64,000 bases of DNA from Octopus sinensis. Lineage: Eukaryota. Both the position numbers and the translations under genes were made by a program. Below are positions 12,853 to 26,152 of this stretch, piece after piece. Location of the stretch: assembly GCF_006345805.1 (NCBI RefSeq), contig NC_042998.1, positions 36,084,001-36,148,000 on the forward strand, written 5' to 3'. The stretch's first letter is position 1, and each line of letters begins with the position of its first letter. The notes under the pieces are model-generated. The model was not told the DNA's origin and did no database searches. It saw only the letters and a list, made by a program, of their open reading frames with translations.

Positions 12853-13251
12853 AGCGGGTGGCAGAAATGTTAGCACGCCGGGTGAAATGCTTAGCAGTAT
12901 TTCGTCTGTCGCTACGTTCTGAGTTCAAATTCCGCCGAGGTCGACTTTGCCTTTCATCCTTTCGGGCTAGATTAAATAAGTACCAGTTACGCACTGGGGT
13001 CGATGTGATCGACTTAATCCGTTTATCTGTCCTTGTTTGTCCTCTCTGTGTTTAGCCCCTTGTCGGTAGTAAATAAATAGGTATTTCGTCTGTCTTTACG
13101 TTCTGAGTTCAAATTTCGCCGAGTCGACTTTGCCTTTCATCCTTTCGGGCTCGATTAAATAAGTACCAGTTACGCACTGGGGCCGATGTAATCGACTTAA
13201 TCCGTTTATCTGTCCTTGTTTGTCCTCTCTGTGTTTAGCCCCTTGTTGGTA
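12853..13251 (+). mobile_element. SINE family C (Nin/Deu-like domain), tandem dimer
   Basis: tRNA-like head with B box GAGTTCAAATTC, central CTTTCATCCTTTCGGG..CGATTAAATAAGTACCAG, tail AAATAG. The second unit starts at internal GTATTTCGTC (about 13080). Confidence 0.9.
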
Positions 13252-13269
13252 GAATGGAAGACAGGTATA

Positions 13270-13590
13270 TTGGAGTAACTGGCTCTCCGTCGGTTACGAC
13301 GACGAGGGTTCCACTTGATTCGATTATTGGAGCAGCCTGCTCGTGAAACGAACGTATAAGTGGCTGAGCACTCCGCAGACGCATGTACCCTTAATATAAT
13401 TGTCAAGGAGGTTCAATATGACACAGAATGTTCACAAGGCTGGCCCCCATTGAATTACAGGTACAATTCATTTTTGCCAGATGAGTGGACTGGAGCAACG
13501 GGAAATAAAGTGTCTTACTCAGGGTCATGACGTGCTGCCAGGAATTGACCTTATGACCGTGAGCCGAATACCTTAACCACTAAGTCACGA
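13270..13590 (-). mobile_element. SINE family E (tRNA head, CORE-like segment, CGTCGTCGTAAC tail)
   Basis: Homologous to 34322-34632 and 53683-53970. Confidence 0.8.
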
Positions 13591-13835
13591 TCTGTTGTGA
13601 TTTTGCTGGATTTGAACCTGCTAGGTGGAGCATTGCAGCATTCTACATAGCAGTGGAATATGCTAATTTATTTGACATTTATCAAGTGAACTTTTCCTTA
13701 TTGTAGTGAACTAAATTATCGTAATAAACAGTAAATATGTATGTATATAAGTATGTATGTCAAGGGTAATGGCTTGCGCCAGATGTATGCATAAATTACT
13801 CGTTTTAAAGAATATTGATATTTTTTTTTCTAGTA

Positions 13836-14476
13836 GGGCGGCGAGCTGGCAGAAACGTTAGCACGTCGGGTGAAATGCTTTGCAGTATTTCGTCTGCCGT
13901 TACGTTCTGAGTTCAAATTCCGCCGAGGTCGACTTTGCCCTTCATCTTTTCGGGGTCGATTAAATAAGTACCAGTTACGCACTGGGGTCAATATAATCGA
14001 CTTAATCCGTTTGTCTGTCCTTGTTTGTCCCCTCTTTGTTTAGCCCCTTGTGGGTAGTAAAGAAATAGGTATTTCGTTTGCCGCTACGTTCTGAGTTCAA
14101 ATTCCGCCGAGGTCGACTTTGCCTCTCATCCTTTCGGTGTTGATTAAATAAGTACCAGTTACGCACTGGGGTCAATATAATCGATTCAATCCGTTTGTCT
14201 GTCGTTCTTTGTCCCCTCTGTGTTTAGCCCCTTGTGGGCAATAAAGAAATAAGAAACGTTAGAACGCTGGGTGAGGTGCTTGGCGTATTTCGTCTGCCAT
14301 TACGTTCTGAGTTCAAATTCTGCCGTGGTCGACTTTACCTTTCATCCTTTCGGGGTCCATTAAATACGTACCAGTTACGAATTGGGGTCGATGTAATCGA
14401 CTTAATCCCTTTGGCTGTCCTTGTTTGTCCCCTCTATGTTTAGCCCCCACCTGTGGGAAATAAAGAAATAGTTATT
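13836..14476 (+). mobile_element. SINE family C, tandem trimer
   Basis: Three consecutive units with junctions at about 14068 and 14252. Confidence 0.92.
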
Positions 14477-15249
14477 TCCTTCAGTACACTTGTAAGTAAA
14501 AGTTCAAGTTCACGTTTAGAACTGACGGTTTACTTCTATATAGGTACAAACATAGTACTTAGTTACTTACATACATACTTATATACATATTTACTGTTTA
14601 CTACAATGGTTTGGTTCACTTTACAATTGGCAGAGTTGTTAGAACATCGAATTGATCGTTTTAGGATAATTGTTTCCGTTTGCTAACCTCTGAGTTCAAA
14701 TCTCGACCTGATCAATTTTGCATATGGGAGTGGACACTGACTGTTGCCATTTCAGCAAAGACTGCATCACATTTTTTACTGCTATTTCTCATTTCCTTAT
14801 TCACTGTATTCGATACAACATACATTTTTCTCCTTTATAGAGTTGAAATTGCTAGTGGGTGGTGGTGGTGATAAAAGGGGATGTGATGGTTGAGTATTGA
14901 GTTAGGTAAAGTTAAGCTTCTCGTAAACTTCAGAGACCAACGGGGGTGTTAAACCCACCTCGCCGCCGATTTGACCGCTCTTACTGGTTCCTTCGAAGGC
15001 CACGAACAGCATCAATCGAAACAAATAAGAAAGCTTATTCGACTTCAAAGGATCAAAGACATAATAAAATACCTGATTCAGATGTAATCGAAATCCCATT
15101 TTAATGGATTCGATTTCTCATTCCATTGATTTGCCTTTCAAGTGTGTATTATGGCTTAGAGGTGAAACGAGTTGATTTAAATTTGCATAAACAACAACTC
15201 TGCCATTCAACCTTCAGACTCGCAAAATTAATTATATATAATGGTTTCG

Positions 15250-15400
15250 AATGTTGACACCAGACCAGAAATTTCAGGAGCGGGGGTAGGTCGATACATC
15301 GACCTCCAATGCTCAACTGGTACTTAGTTTATGAAACCCAAGAGGCAAAGTCGACCTCAGCAGAACTTGAACTCAGAACGTAAAGACAGACGAAATGCTA
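15250..15400 (-). mobile_element. Partial SINE family C
   Basis: AAAGTCGACCTC..GAACTTGAACTCAGAACGTAAAGACAGACGAAAT is the reverse complement of the family C body. Confidence 0.75.
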
Positions 15401-15829
15401 TAATGATTAGAGAAACTGTTTGGGTTGTCCTCTGCATTAATGCCGCTTTCATTTTTGTTTTCCTTACAAAATTTATCTGGAATCAATTAGTCTAAGGAAA
15501 AAAGGTGTGGGGAAATTACTCTTAAATTATGTTGACCCATTCCTATAAACGGGATAATTTTCTTTTACTGGTTGAATAAAGAATATGGAAGGCTTTAAGG
15601 ACTTTGATGATACCGACCTACGGTTGTTTATCGACAGACTATCGCGTCCTAATTGAAAGTGATTGTTGAGAGTGTTACAGGTTACAGGTAGCGGCTTTTT
15701 ACTATATTTACTGGTTGAGGGTTAATGTTTTGTGATGTTTCACAACGTGACTACAAACAGTGAGATCCAGTAGCAGAACAGCTCTGAATTCGCTGCAGAA
15801 ACAGAGGAAATGGAATCACTTAAGGGCCA

Positions 15830-17150
15830 TCTAAATAGCTGAGTTTGGTAGTGTCAGAAGTCTTTCCAAGATCGTAAAATAACCGCAGTAAGACAGGATT
15901 CTGTTGCTCTGTAGCTGTTTCGCAGAGGATACCAGATCAATTGTTCCTTCAGAGATTCAAAATTCACATTGAGATTCTGACAACACTTTTCCCGAGACAA
16001 CAAGGGATGGTTGAGTAGTATTCTGGAGAAGATTTCTTTTTCTACGATGGAGAGGAGAGATAAGCAATGAGGGAATTTTCCAGATCTGAGCCTGCTGATA
16101 CTATTTGTGTTCCCCATATTCTCAGTATGAAGTCTTGTTCTTAAGGATTGGCCAGAATTCTAGATGAACTCCCGAGGAATGTTGTCTGAACCAGGTGACT
16201 TCCTTGTTTTAATCTTTTTGACGACATCCCTGAATTCTTGAAAAGAAGCGGGATGTCGAGGCACTGTCCTCAGAAAATCTTTCGCTGCAGTTGAGCTCCT
16301 ATTTTGGAGAATGCTGAAATATTCCTGCGATTGGTGCAGGATGTTGTAGCTCTCAGTGAGAAAGCTGGAGTCGTCAGCAGTCCTCAGAATCTCTGTTGGT
16401 GCTCGGGTTGGGCCGTGGGGTTCTTTCTAAGCTCAATGACGTCTGTATGTCTTTGCATCTCAGTAACCTTTTCTCTCCGCCATTTGTTTCGAAACACGCG
16501 CTTGAGATCTTTAAATCGTTTTATTTTTATATTTGAGGTTGGATCTTGTTCAAGGGATTGGTGAGTATCTTGTTCTTAGCTTTGATGAAACTCAAGGTTT
16601 CCTCGTTGTTTTCATCGAATCAACCCTGGCGTTTCCTTTTCGTAAAGCCAAAAGGTCTTCTCGGCAGTTTCTTGGATGAGGTTTCAGATTGTTGTTTACT
16701 CTTCCATGGTGTCTTTGGTGTTGGTGGGCTGTTTGCCAGCTGTTCTTTGATGTATTCTCGGAATACCTCGTCTTGATTTTTAAGTTTTGGAGTATCAAAC
16801 CTTCTCCTTGGTTGGCACTTTAAAGTGGAAAGGTAGTTTACGCTGAACAGAAATTCTGAGTCAGTTGGTGAGTTTATAATCTGTACAACAGCCTTCTGTC
16901 TTTCTTGCTGTTCTGGTGATAGTGACCCCCCACCCTTATAGCATTGTCGAGTAATAATATAGTCAATGGCATCCCAGTGCTTTGAGTGTGGGTGCATCCT
17001 TGTACTTTTAAATCGGCTTGGGAGCCGGAACTGAGAGAAACTGCCCGTTTGCATTGCAGTTTCCGATGCCTTCTTTACCCATAACTTTCTCCCACAGGAA
17101 ATAGTTCTTTCTGACTCTGGCGCTCAAATCACCAAGTAAGATGAGCTTGT
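15830..17150 (-). mobile_element. RTE-clade LINE ORF2 fragment (end of APE endonuclease to start of RT)
   Basis: Translates to MHPHSKHWDAIDYIITRQ (APE end), GWFDENNEE, KKIKTRKSPGSDNIPREF and LSLLSIVEKEIFSRILLN. Frameshifted. Confidence 0.85.
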
Positions 17151-17339
17151 CTGTAGTTGCTATCTGTCTGTCTGCTGCCTGCCAATCTGTCTGTCTGTCT
17201 GTCTAAATGTGCATTTGTGCAAATAGATTCAATGAAATCTTTTCCCTCTTTCCTTTCGTATGTATTCTATTGTGGGTATATTTGTGTATATAAATCAGTA
17301 TATACACATTTACTAGTTTTAAAAATCTGGTCAGAATGA

Positions 17340-17731
17340 CTTCCCATTTTCCTATATATATAGACCTCATGAACTCTCTGGGATTTTAATCAATGGTCTG
17401 TTGAACTTGCTGGATAAATTCAAGTGTTCTGATGATTTCAGAGCGTTTAGAATGCCTTTTATGCTTTGACACTGGTGATACGTTTCCATCTTCAGTCTCT
17501 AGCTCCTTACAAACTTTGCAGACGAAAGATCTGGCAACTTTTAAAAGTCGAGATATTTCTAAATCGCTAAGCTCAGCCTTTATAACCACAATAACAGCAT
17601 GCCTCTTCATTTCTTGAGTAAGCTGAGGGTCTGTCATTATTATTTTCGGAAACAAAGATTATACAGCGTTAGCAAATTGTACAGCAATGATCCCCCAAAA
17701 GGTATGTCCTCAAATACGTTACGCACCTTGT
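17340..17731 (-). mobile_element. 5' fragment of a maT-like Tc1/mariner transposon
   Basis: ORF 17386-17655 (TQEMKRHAVIV...LEISRLLKVARSFV.KV.KEL...IRTLEFIQQVQQTID) is a transposase HTH. TIR-like CACAAGGTGCGTAACG at 17731. Confidence 0.75.
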
Positions 17732-17745
17732 GCATGTATGTGTAT

Positions 17746-17822
<77 letters not shown>

Positions 17823-18714
17823 TTCCTCCGCCCTTTAACGGGCTTTGCTTTTTTGTCCCGCAGGGTGTCCAACTAACATCCTCCTCACAAGAAGACTCGG
17901 TGGGGTTGCCAGTTTAGTCGAAGACCCGACAATGCAACAGGTTGTACTGGTTTACATGTTACCAGTAGCGCTCGAGAGCGACCTCTCTCTCTCTCTCTCT
18001 CACCCACAATACTGTAGTTCGTGATATTACTTTCATTCCATAGTATTAAATGAAACCGCAATCTTCGATTTTTATTATTCATACTCTAAGACGGGAACGG
18101 AAACTTGTGGATGTTCCGTTATTTCCACAGTCTTATAGGGTCATACACTTCTTTTGCTTTTTTCAGTAATCCGTGAAATTAAACGTCTGGATTATCTTAT
18201 CCCAGCTGAAATATTATACATGGCACCAAGATGTTATTATTTTACCGACCTAATACGAAGGGCGTTCTTAACAAGCAAAACGTCGAAGAAAACTTCAAAG
18301 CTGCTAGAGAAACATCTTGAAAATTCCATAGGAATCTCCAAGGCACTGTAGTGGAATATAAATGCGATTTAACGCATTGCCTGCCATGAGCCCTATTTGG
18401 AGATCTGCTAAAAACAGCCTCACTGCTGGTTTTTCGTTATATTTAAAGTGAATTGCTTATGTACATTGTATTTGCAGAGGTGTGTCTAATAATATCTAAT
18501 AGTTAAAGTTTGTCATTATTTGCTCTGGTTAATTCTAGAGGACATTTTATGTCATAAATCGCAATTTTTGAACTACAAAAATATTGACTGTTTTGAATAC
18601 TATACATTATTTTAACTCCTAAGACACTTGGCAAAGCCAAAAAATATGAATAAAAAAATTTGGCACTTAATGGATTAAGGCGGCAAACTGACAGATTCGT
18701 TTGCTCGCAGGGCA

Positions 18715-18875
18715 AAATTCTTAACAGCATTTCGTTCACGTTCTGTGTTCCAAACTCCGCGGAGATCGATGTTGCTGTTCATCCTTTCGGGGTCGTTAAA
18801 ATAAGTACCAGTTGTACACTGGGGTCGAAGTAATCGACTTACTCCCTTCCCAGAAATTTCTAGCCTTGTTCCAAA
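18715..18875 (+). mobile_element. Partial SINE family C
   Basis: TTCATCCTTTCGGGGTCGTTAAAATAAGTACCAG core. Confidence 0.75.
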
Positions 18876-19578
18876 ATTTGAAATCAATAATAATAATAAT
18901 GTGGCCGATTAATTCAATCCAGTGGTAGCTGGAGCATCTGTATGCAAAAGCAAGAACTGAGATGGATATCGATTGGAGGATGAAGAAAGGGGAGGCCACT
19001 GACCAGACGACATCGAAACTTTTAAGAGGACTTTCAATGGCTGTCAGCAGCCAGTGAGAAACAGGGAAGAACACAAGAACAGTCTAAAACACGAGAGCAG
19101 AATTGCTGTCCGTTGTGAAAACATACACCGGAGAAATACAATAAATTTATTATGAAACCACAGCAGACCGAGTCCACAGAAAACATTTCGGAGGACTCGG
19201 CTTTTACGATTTCGACATAGCAATTGTTACAGTGACCATGCAAACTTATTTCACTACAAGTAGGGCGATGTTGTATAACTGCAGAGCTGATCTATCTTTA
19301 CGTTTTCTTTCGTTGCTATACGGTGGTGAGAATTAAAGAAAAAGAAACATAATTAGTCTCTTCAGATGTCAACTATTCTTTCATTTCAGTAAATGTGATT
19401 TGGAGAAACGCCGAAAAACCAAGAAATATACTTTTGGCTAATCGAAGATGACAACTGAATTTCAATTCTCGGTTGACACAAGTCCAGTGTACTTATGTTA
19501 GAAATAGCTTTGAAAAACATGTGGAAAGTTGCAGTATATAACTTTTCCCTTAAGACATAGTGGCTTGTAAAGACAGAG

Positions 19579-19619
<41 letters not shown>

Positions 19620-19924
19620 GAGAAACAGAAATGTTTCTGTTTCTTCAACGATGCTGTTGAACAGAGACATCGGTAGATCATCGAAATGAATTGCTTGACA
19701 GTCAATGTTCATATGTCTTTGTCTATCACCCCCACCCCTGGCATTAAATAAATAGCTTTTACTGGGCGAATATTCAAATAAGTATATTCCTCTTCTACAA
19801 ATTGAAATCTTTCTTGAAAATTTAAGAAAACAGTTTTGCCATCATTTGTCGAATAGCGTTAAGAATTCCGTTTCTATTCCTGGTTGTCAATTCCTTTTAT
19901 TTACGGAGTTAATGATTTTAATAT

Positions 19925-20470
19925 AAACTTAGATAAACTTAGATATGTTTCGACCAAAGATTGGTCCAGGCCATGTCTAACTTAATAGCACCACCTGATA
20001 GGATTATTCGAATCCTGTTTAAGTCAAGTTTTGTTTAAGTCAAGTTTTGTTTAAGTCAAGTTTTGTTTAAGTCAAGTTTTGTTTAAGTCAAGTTTTGTTT
20101 AAGTCAAGTTTTGTTCAAGTAGTGAGTTCTTGTTGGGTGAGTTGTATCCAGTTTTGTTCAAGTAGTGAGTTCTTGTTGGGTGAGTTGTATCCAATTATGG
20201 GTGGCTTATCTGGTATTCTTTGAAGGAATCTATCCAGACTCTGTTTAAAGTTGATGGGATCCTTTTCCTCTTTGATCTCCCTCGGGACAATGTTAAATAG
20301 GGCAGGGCCTGTTGAGGAAAAGAAATTATGTTGCAGTGTACATGTATGTTGTGATCTTGAATTGGGCAGGGGACGTATAGCCCGTGGTCCAAGTCTTGGA
20401 TGAACCTTGAAGCTAATGTTTAGGTCGTTTGGGCAAAGTTGGCGGTATATACATTATTTCTCTGTGTCCA
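19925..20470 (-). mobile_element. CR1-group LINE 3' fragment with internal tandem amplification
   Basis: Translates to HPRLGPRA...GPALFNIVPREI...FKQSLDRFLQRIPDKP...NKNSLLE, then a 3' tail GGTGGTGC...CATGGCC...GGTCGAAAC. Confidence 0.75.
20021..20193. repeat. Six copies of a 16-bp unit plus two copies of a 43-bp unit
   Basis: AAGTCAAGTTTTGTTT x6 (20021-20116, last copy ends in C); identical 43-mers at 20108-20150 and 20151-20193. Confidence 0.97.
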
Positions 20471-21825
20471 TTAATCTGATATCAATAGAGTAAAAATATG
20501 CTCACCCTTTCTGAAGTAAATACCAGTTATTTCTGCAGGTTTCTAGCATATTAAATAAATGAGAGATACATTTATCTCTGGGTAGGTAGGACTCTCTACT
20601 TCTGGCCGACTTAACGGGGGAGAGAGAGTCTTCAGTACAAAAAGGCGGCAAAATCTCTTATCAGTTATACAGTTATCCCGCCCCGGACTATAGCTGCGAT
20701 TATACGGCATGTATATAGTCGCTCAACTTGCTACAAATAGGAACTAAATTCCATCAAATCACACGCTGCCTTCTTTTAAAAAGGAAAGGATACATTAGAC
20801 AATGTAGTCTCATATATACAGAAAAAGTAGACAGCACGGGTAGGATATCAGTGATTATAAGTCTGTTCTATCAGAAGTTGCCTTCAAGTAAACAACAAGG
20901 TAGAATAGGCAGTTGTCAGTTATTTTAACCATAGAATCTAACACAAAACTGGTGTCAAGATGGACGACGCTCATCTTTTATTTCAGCCACAGTGTATCTA
21001 GATCTACGTTATTGGATGTGTTCTTAAGATAGTGGAATGTGATCTGAGGAAAATATGTTTTTATTTTTAGTAGTTTTGGTCATCACACTAAGTCACCTCG
21101 TTGACTCAAGCAATGCTAAGTTGTCACTGTTGCTGCTTGACCCCAGTTAAGCCTTCATTGAGCAGACCTATGGTCAAAGGTCTGTGGCCTAGTAGTTAGA
21201 CTAATTGTACACACAATCATCAGGTTGTAGGCTCGAATCCCAGCCCGAGCAGTGTATTATCACCTTGCTCAAGGTGCTTCATTTCACGTGGCCCCCAATC
21301 TAATACATCTGCACAAGAGAGGCAACACACAGACCATTAACCCCAAAACTTTGCAAATACAAAATGTCCAAGGCTCTTAATAGCATCAGACAGCCTTTCC
21401 CGATGTGTCCCTCTTTTTAAAGAGAGAAGGGTGCGTTTGAATGAATTTTTCTGCTGTTTGTTTTCTGCTCTTTCGTTGGATAAATAAACCATACATCACT
21501 GCTTTTTTCATTCCTCCGTAATTTAAAAGAACAGAAAAATCCTTGAATAATAAAGAAACGCTTTACTTAAAAGTTATTATATCTTAATGTCATTTTAAAT
21601 ATAATTATTTAGTCTTTTGCTTTATTCATTTCAGAATTCACCGAGTTTAAGACTATCGTAAAGCCTTCGTAAAGCGATAATATTTTTTTTTTTTAATACA
21701 AATCTGATTAGAGGGGATCGCTGTTGACAAAGAATTTGTCTATCCTGTGTGTACGAGTGTGGGTGTGTGTATACATATACATATATACACACCCATACAT
21801 ACAAATATATATAAATATATGCTTA

Positions 21826-21963
21826 TATATGGCTGTGTGGGTAATAGCTTGCTTCCCAACCACATGGTTCCGGGTTCAGTCCCACTGCATCTTCTGTTAT
21901 AGTCTTGGGCCAACCAAAGCCTTGTGAGTGAATTTGGTAGACGGAAACTGGAAGAAGCTCGTC
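21826..21963 (+). mobile_element. 5' part of SINE family A
   Basis: Head and GGATTTGGTAGACGGAAAC-type segment present, with an internal deletion. Confidence 0.85.
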
Positions 21964-21983
21964 ATATATATATATAATGTGTG

Positions 21984-22027
<44 letters not shown>

Positions 22028-24377
22028 TGTATATATATATATATGTGTGTGTGTGTGTCATTGTATGTATGTATATTTATACTCATGCAGAATACAGATA
22101 TTCTTACATGCGGATGTCAGACACACACATACACTCACACACACGCATATATATACGCATGCGTGTTTTTATGTGTAACATATTACTATGTGTGTGTGTG
22201 TGTGTGTCTCAATTCTTAAGGATGCTTATTTATTTGGGTTATTTACATTATCCATCCTATATATTCGCATCTTAGCTTCGAGTAAAATAGAGAAGAAGAA
22301 AATGTCGCAGCTTCTTCCTATCTGCTCTGTTATGTGCTAAGTGAAAACAACAAAATAAGCTTCTTGTCAAATATAATCTCCATCATATTCATTATTATTT
22401 ATTATTATTGTTGTTATTGTTCTTCTTATTGTTGTTGGATGTGGTGGCGGTGGTGGTGGTGTTTTCTGGATGTTGGTATTGTCATTGCGTCTTTTGGTTT
22501 TCTTCATGTTATTTTTCTTAAAATTTTTATCTTCTCTCTCTCTCTCCATGATATTTGATATAATTATCAATTTAGCCCAGAAATGGGATTTTGTCAATCA
22601 AACAAAATTAATGAAATAGTCTCCTGTCTGGTTAGTTTTCTTTTTATTCTTTTTCTCTTTTTGTTACGTTTTGCTTTTATTTTGTATTTTTCCACCCTAA
22701 TTTCAATATTTTCTGATTTTAATAAAATGCGACACATTAGTAATAAAAATAAAAGATAATTCATATAAAGGCGAAAAAATGAAATATTTTCATTAAAAGA
22801 AAGCCTCGCAGCCGTTGCTAGGTTAAACAAACAATGTGCAGATTTTGTTTGATTATATTTCTTTGTTTCCAAATGTATAGCAGTAATTCCTTACTAAAAC
22901 AACAATGCCCAACTTATCAGCAACGATTAGAAAGACATGAATAAATATATCGATTCTATTCTACATGTTCAATTTTCCAATGTTCAAATCAAGATTTAAA
23001 TATTGATTTCTTCAACTGGTACAAGGCTTCACACATTCAGATGGTAGTGGTGGTGGTGGTAGATTCAGCGGTTTCTCAGTACGGCACTGGTATTTAAATA
23101 TCATTGATTCTGCTCTCTCGTTTATCTTTTACAGTTTCGGTCCTTCTAGATTTTATTATTCAATTTAATAACGATTTTAAGATTTAATCAATGAAAGTGA
23201 TGCAGTTGGCAGAATCGATACAGCACTGACAAGTTTAGCTCGTATTTCTTTTCCTTCTGCGTTCAAATCCCCCCAGGATCGATAAAATAAGATAAATATT
23301 GCGGTCTATTTAATCAACTACACTCTGCCATAATTAGTGGCCTCATTTCAATTTTATAAATTAATATTGGTTCTAATATTTAATCAAGTAGAAGCCTATG
23401 GAGGTAACACTTGGTAGAATGCGGTAATTAGTCAACCCAGGGGGATGAAGGACAGAGCAGAATGCGGCATTAATCATCTCGAAGCTGGAGGAGAACAGAA
23501 TCGGTAATGCGATATTTAGTCTATTAGAGGACAATGGAGGACAGAATGGGTAGAATGCAGCAAATTTTGTTTACCTAAATGATCGTTGAAGACAGAATCG
23601 GTACAGGTTTTAGTCTATCTAATTATCTGATATTCAAGCAACAAGAGGGCGATGGATGATAGAATCGGTAAAACATGATATTTCCTCACAGCTTGGTAAA
23701 ATAAGTATGAATAATTTGGTGAAATGGCTGAGATGGTCCATAAATATGCGACCTTGTACCCATTCCAATAATTATGTGACTCTGGGCCAATATTTATCCC
23801 ACCTCGACTCACATCCAATACTATACAAAATACATATATTAGGAGTTCGAAGGTGGTGGGTTGGCCGAATCGTCAGAGGTGTTTAACAACAGTTTTTTTT
23901 TCTGTTTCGTTATATTCTGAGTTCAAACCCTGCCTGCATAGACTTTGCTTCTCGTTTCTTCAGGATCTATGAAATAAGATACCAGTCTAAACCTACAGAA
24001 TGGTGGAATTTGGAGAGTTGGACAAATTGTCTTTTTGCATTCATTCTCGTTCTTGAGTTTCTTCGTCTGCAGCAAAACAAGTGTCAAGCTATGTTACCGT
24101 TGCCTTTCCCTTGAACGAAATCAGTCAAGTAGAGAGAGGAGACTTGTTAGATGTGCTCAGGCCTCTACTTTGAAGACTTTGCACGTGTAGATACATAACT
24201 GGCAAGGACCTCAAGGAATTCCATGACTAACGTGGTCGACGGCCTTTTTTTTTAGTTACGGTCCCATAGAATAAGTACCAGTTTTGACCTGGTTCCCATT
24301 GAGTTGCTGTACTCTTCCCTAAATACTTGCAGTCTTGTATTAATAATAGAAACCGTTATTATCATGAACCAGTGAGA

Positions 24378-24565
24378 GCAGCGAACTGGCAGAATCGTTA
24401 GCTTGCCGGACAAAATGTTTAGAAGCATTTTGTCCGTCTGTGTTCAAATTTGGCCGAGGTTGCCTTTTCTTTTCATCCTTTCGGGGTCGATAAAATAAGT
24501 ACTAGTGATACACTGGGGTCCATGTCATCGACTTGCCTCCACTCCCAAAATTTCAGGCCTTATGG
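24378..24565 (+). mobile_element. SINE family C, diverged
   Basis: Head and Nin/Deu-like core present. Confidence 0.8.
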
Positions 24566-24713
24566 CTATGGTGAAAAGGGAGACTAAATTTCTTACGTCG
24601 AAGGCATCTCCTCCACGAAGGGAGTCGAAGGCAGGATTCGAGCTACTCATGTCGCTTTCGGAAAACTCTTTCAGAAACCATTTTCTGAAACTAAAAACCA
24701 AGCTCATGGTATA

Positions 24714-25127
24714 TCTATTTCTTTATTACCCACAAGGGGTTAAACACAGAGAGGACAAACAAGGACAGACAACGGGATTAAGTCGATTACATCGACTTCA
24801 GTGCGTAACTGGTACTTATTTAATCGACCCCGAAAGGACGAAAGACAAAGTCGACCTCGGCGGAACTTGAACTCAGAATGTCAAGACAGGCGAAATACTT
24901 ATTTCTTTACTACCCATAAGGGGCTAAACACAGAGAGGACAAACAAGGACAGACAAACGGATTAAGTCGATTACATCGACTCCAGTGCGTAACTGGTACT
25001 TAATTTATCGATTCCGAAAGGGTGAAGGGCAAAGTCGACCTGGGTGGAATTTGAACTCAGAACGTAACGGCAGACGAAATACCGCTAAGCATTTCGCCCG
25101 GCGTGCTAACATTTCTGCCAGCTCGCC
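24714..25127 (-). mobile_element. SINE family C, tandem dimer
   Basis: Two units; junction at about 24900 reads AAAGAAATAAGTATTTCGCC on the minus strand. Confidence 0.9.
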
Positions 25128-25329
25128 ATATGTCAAGCCATGGTTGTTTCTATGGCTGTAAGGCGTGACCTTGTACAGCAGGATATTTGAAAACTGGGAA
25201 CATTCCATCAATATAAACTGCATTTAGTTATGAACATGAAATGGGAATACTATGTGAACACCCCTGCCGTCCTTGAATGGGCCAACGCATTAAAGTTATC
25301 ATCATCAAACATCGCCTCTGGTGGTCGGA

Positions 25330-25740
25330 TCACGTCCACTGCATGTCACGTCGAGTCCCCTACAGCGAACTTGGTACCAGCAAGAGTTTTCGCGTGAGTC
25401 CCATGCGATGCTACAAAGGCCAACTGAAACGGATGATGTAGAGAATCAATAGTGACCCTAAACTCTGGGAGCAAACAGAGAAAACAAAAACGCGTGACGT
25501 CACATCATCAAGACTGGAGCAGAACATTTTGAAAAACATCGAAGGAGATGAAGGGTTACGACGAAAAATCTACCAGCTCCAGCCAGGGCGTCTACCGACT
25601 ATTAAATGCTACCTCTGTGGACTATTACCCCAGGCGAAAATTGGTCTTGTCTGTCATGAGAGGTACCAGTATGAATGAGGAAGTACAAATGAAGAATTAC
25701 TCGGAAAGAGAAGGGGTCGAAACGGTAAATGTACCCATAT
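25330..25740 (+). mobile_element. Possible PLE endonuclease remnant ending in a degenerate HHR
   Basis: Weak peptides YKGQLKR and KCYLC; HHR-like GTACA..TGAAGA..ACTC/GGGGTC-GAAAC-G-GTA-AATGTAC at 25683-25734. Confidence 0.3.
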
Positions 25741-25813
25741 TCGGGTAGATGCGTTTATACATAAGCACAATATAGACACAGGTACACACACACGTTTAAG
25801 CATTTAAACACAC

Positions 25814-25876
<63 letters not shown>

Positions 25877-26025
25877 GGTCGTCCAAATGTTACAACGGTG
25901 TTAATAGTTCATTTATGTTCTGTTTTAAAATTACCATACCTAAGCACCATATATAGTACACACACACACATATATATATACACAAAGCTCCTAATTCAAC
26001 TGAATCTTAATTAGTTTTATACATA

Positions 26026-26067
<42 letters not shown>

Positions 26068-26152
26068 CATACAGTAAGCACAAGGGTATAAGTACGTCAC
26101 TAATGTGTGTGTGTATATATATATATATAATATATATATATATATGTACACA

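Noticed and set aside
20021-20193. CRISPR-like array
   Set aside because: Units are contiguous with no unique spacers, and the context is eukaryotic.
25495-25502. Isolated CRE octamers TGACGTCA here and near 57437
   Set aside because: Single 8-mers inside probable transposon remnants are compatible with chance.
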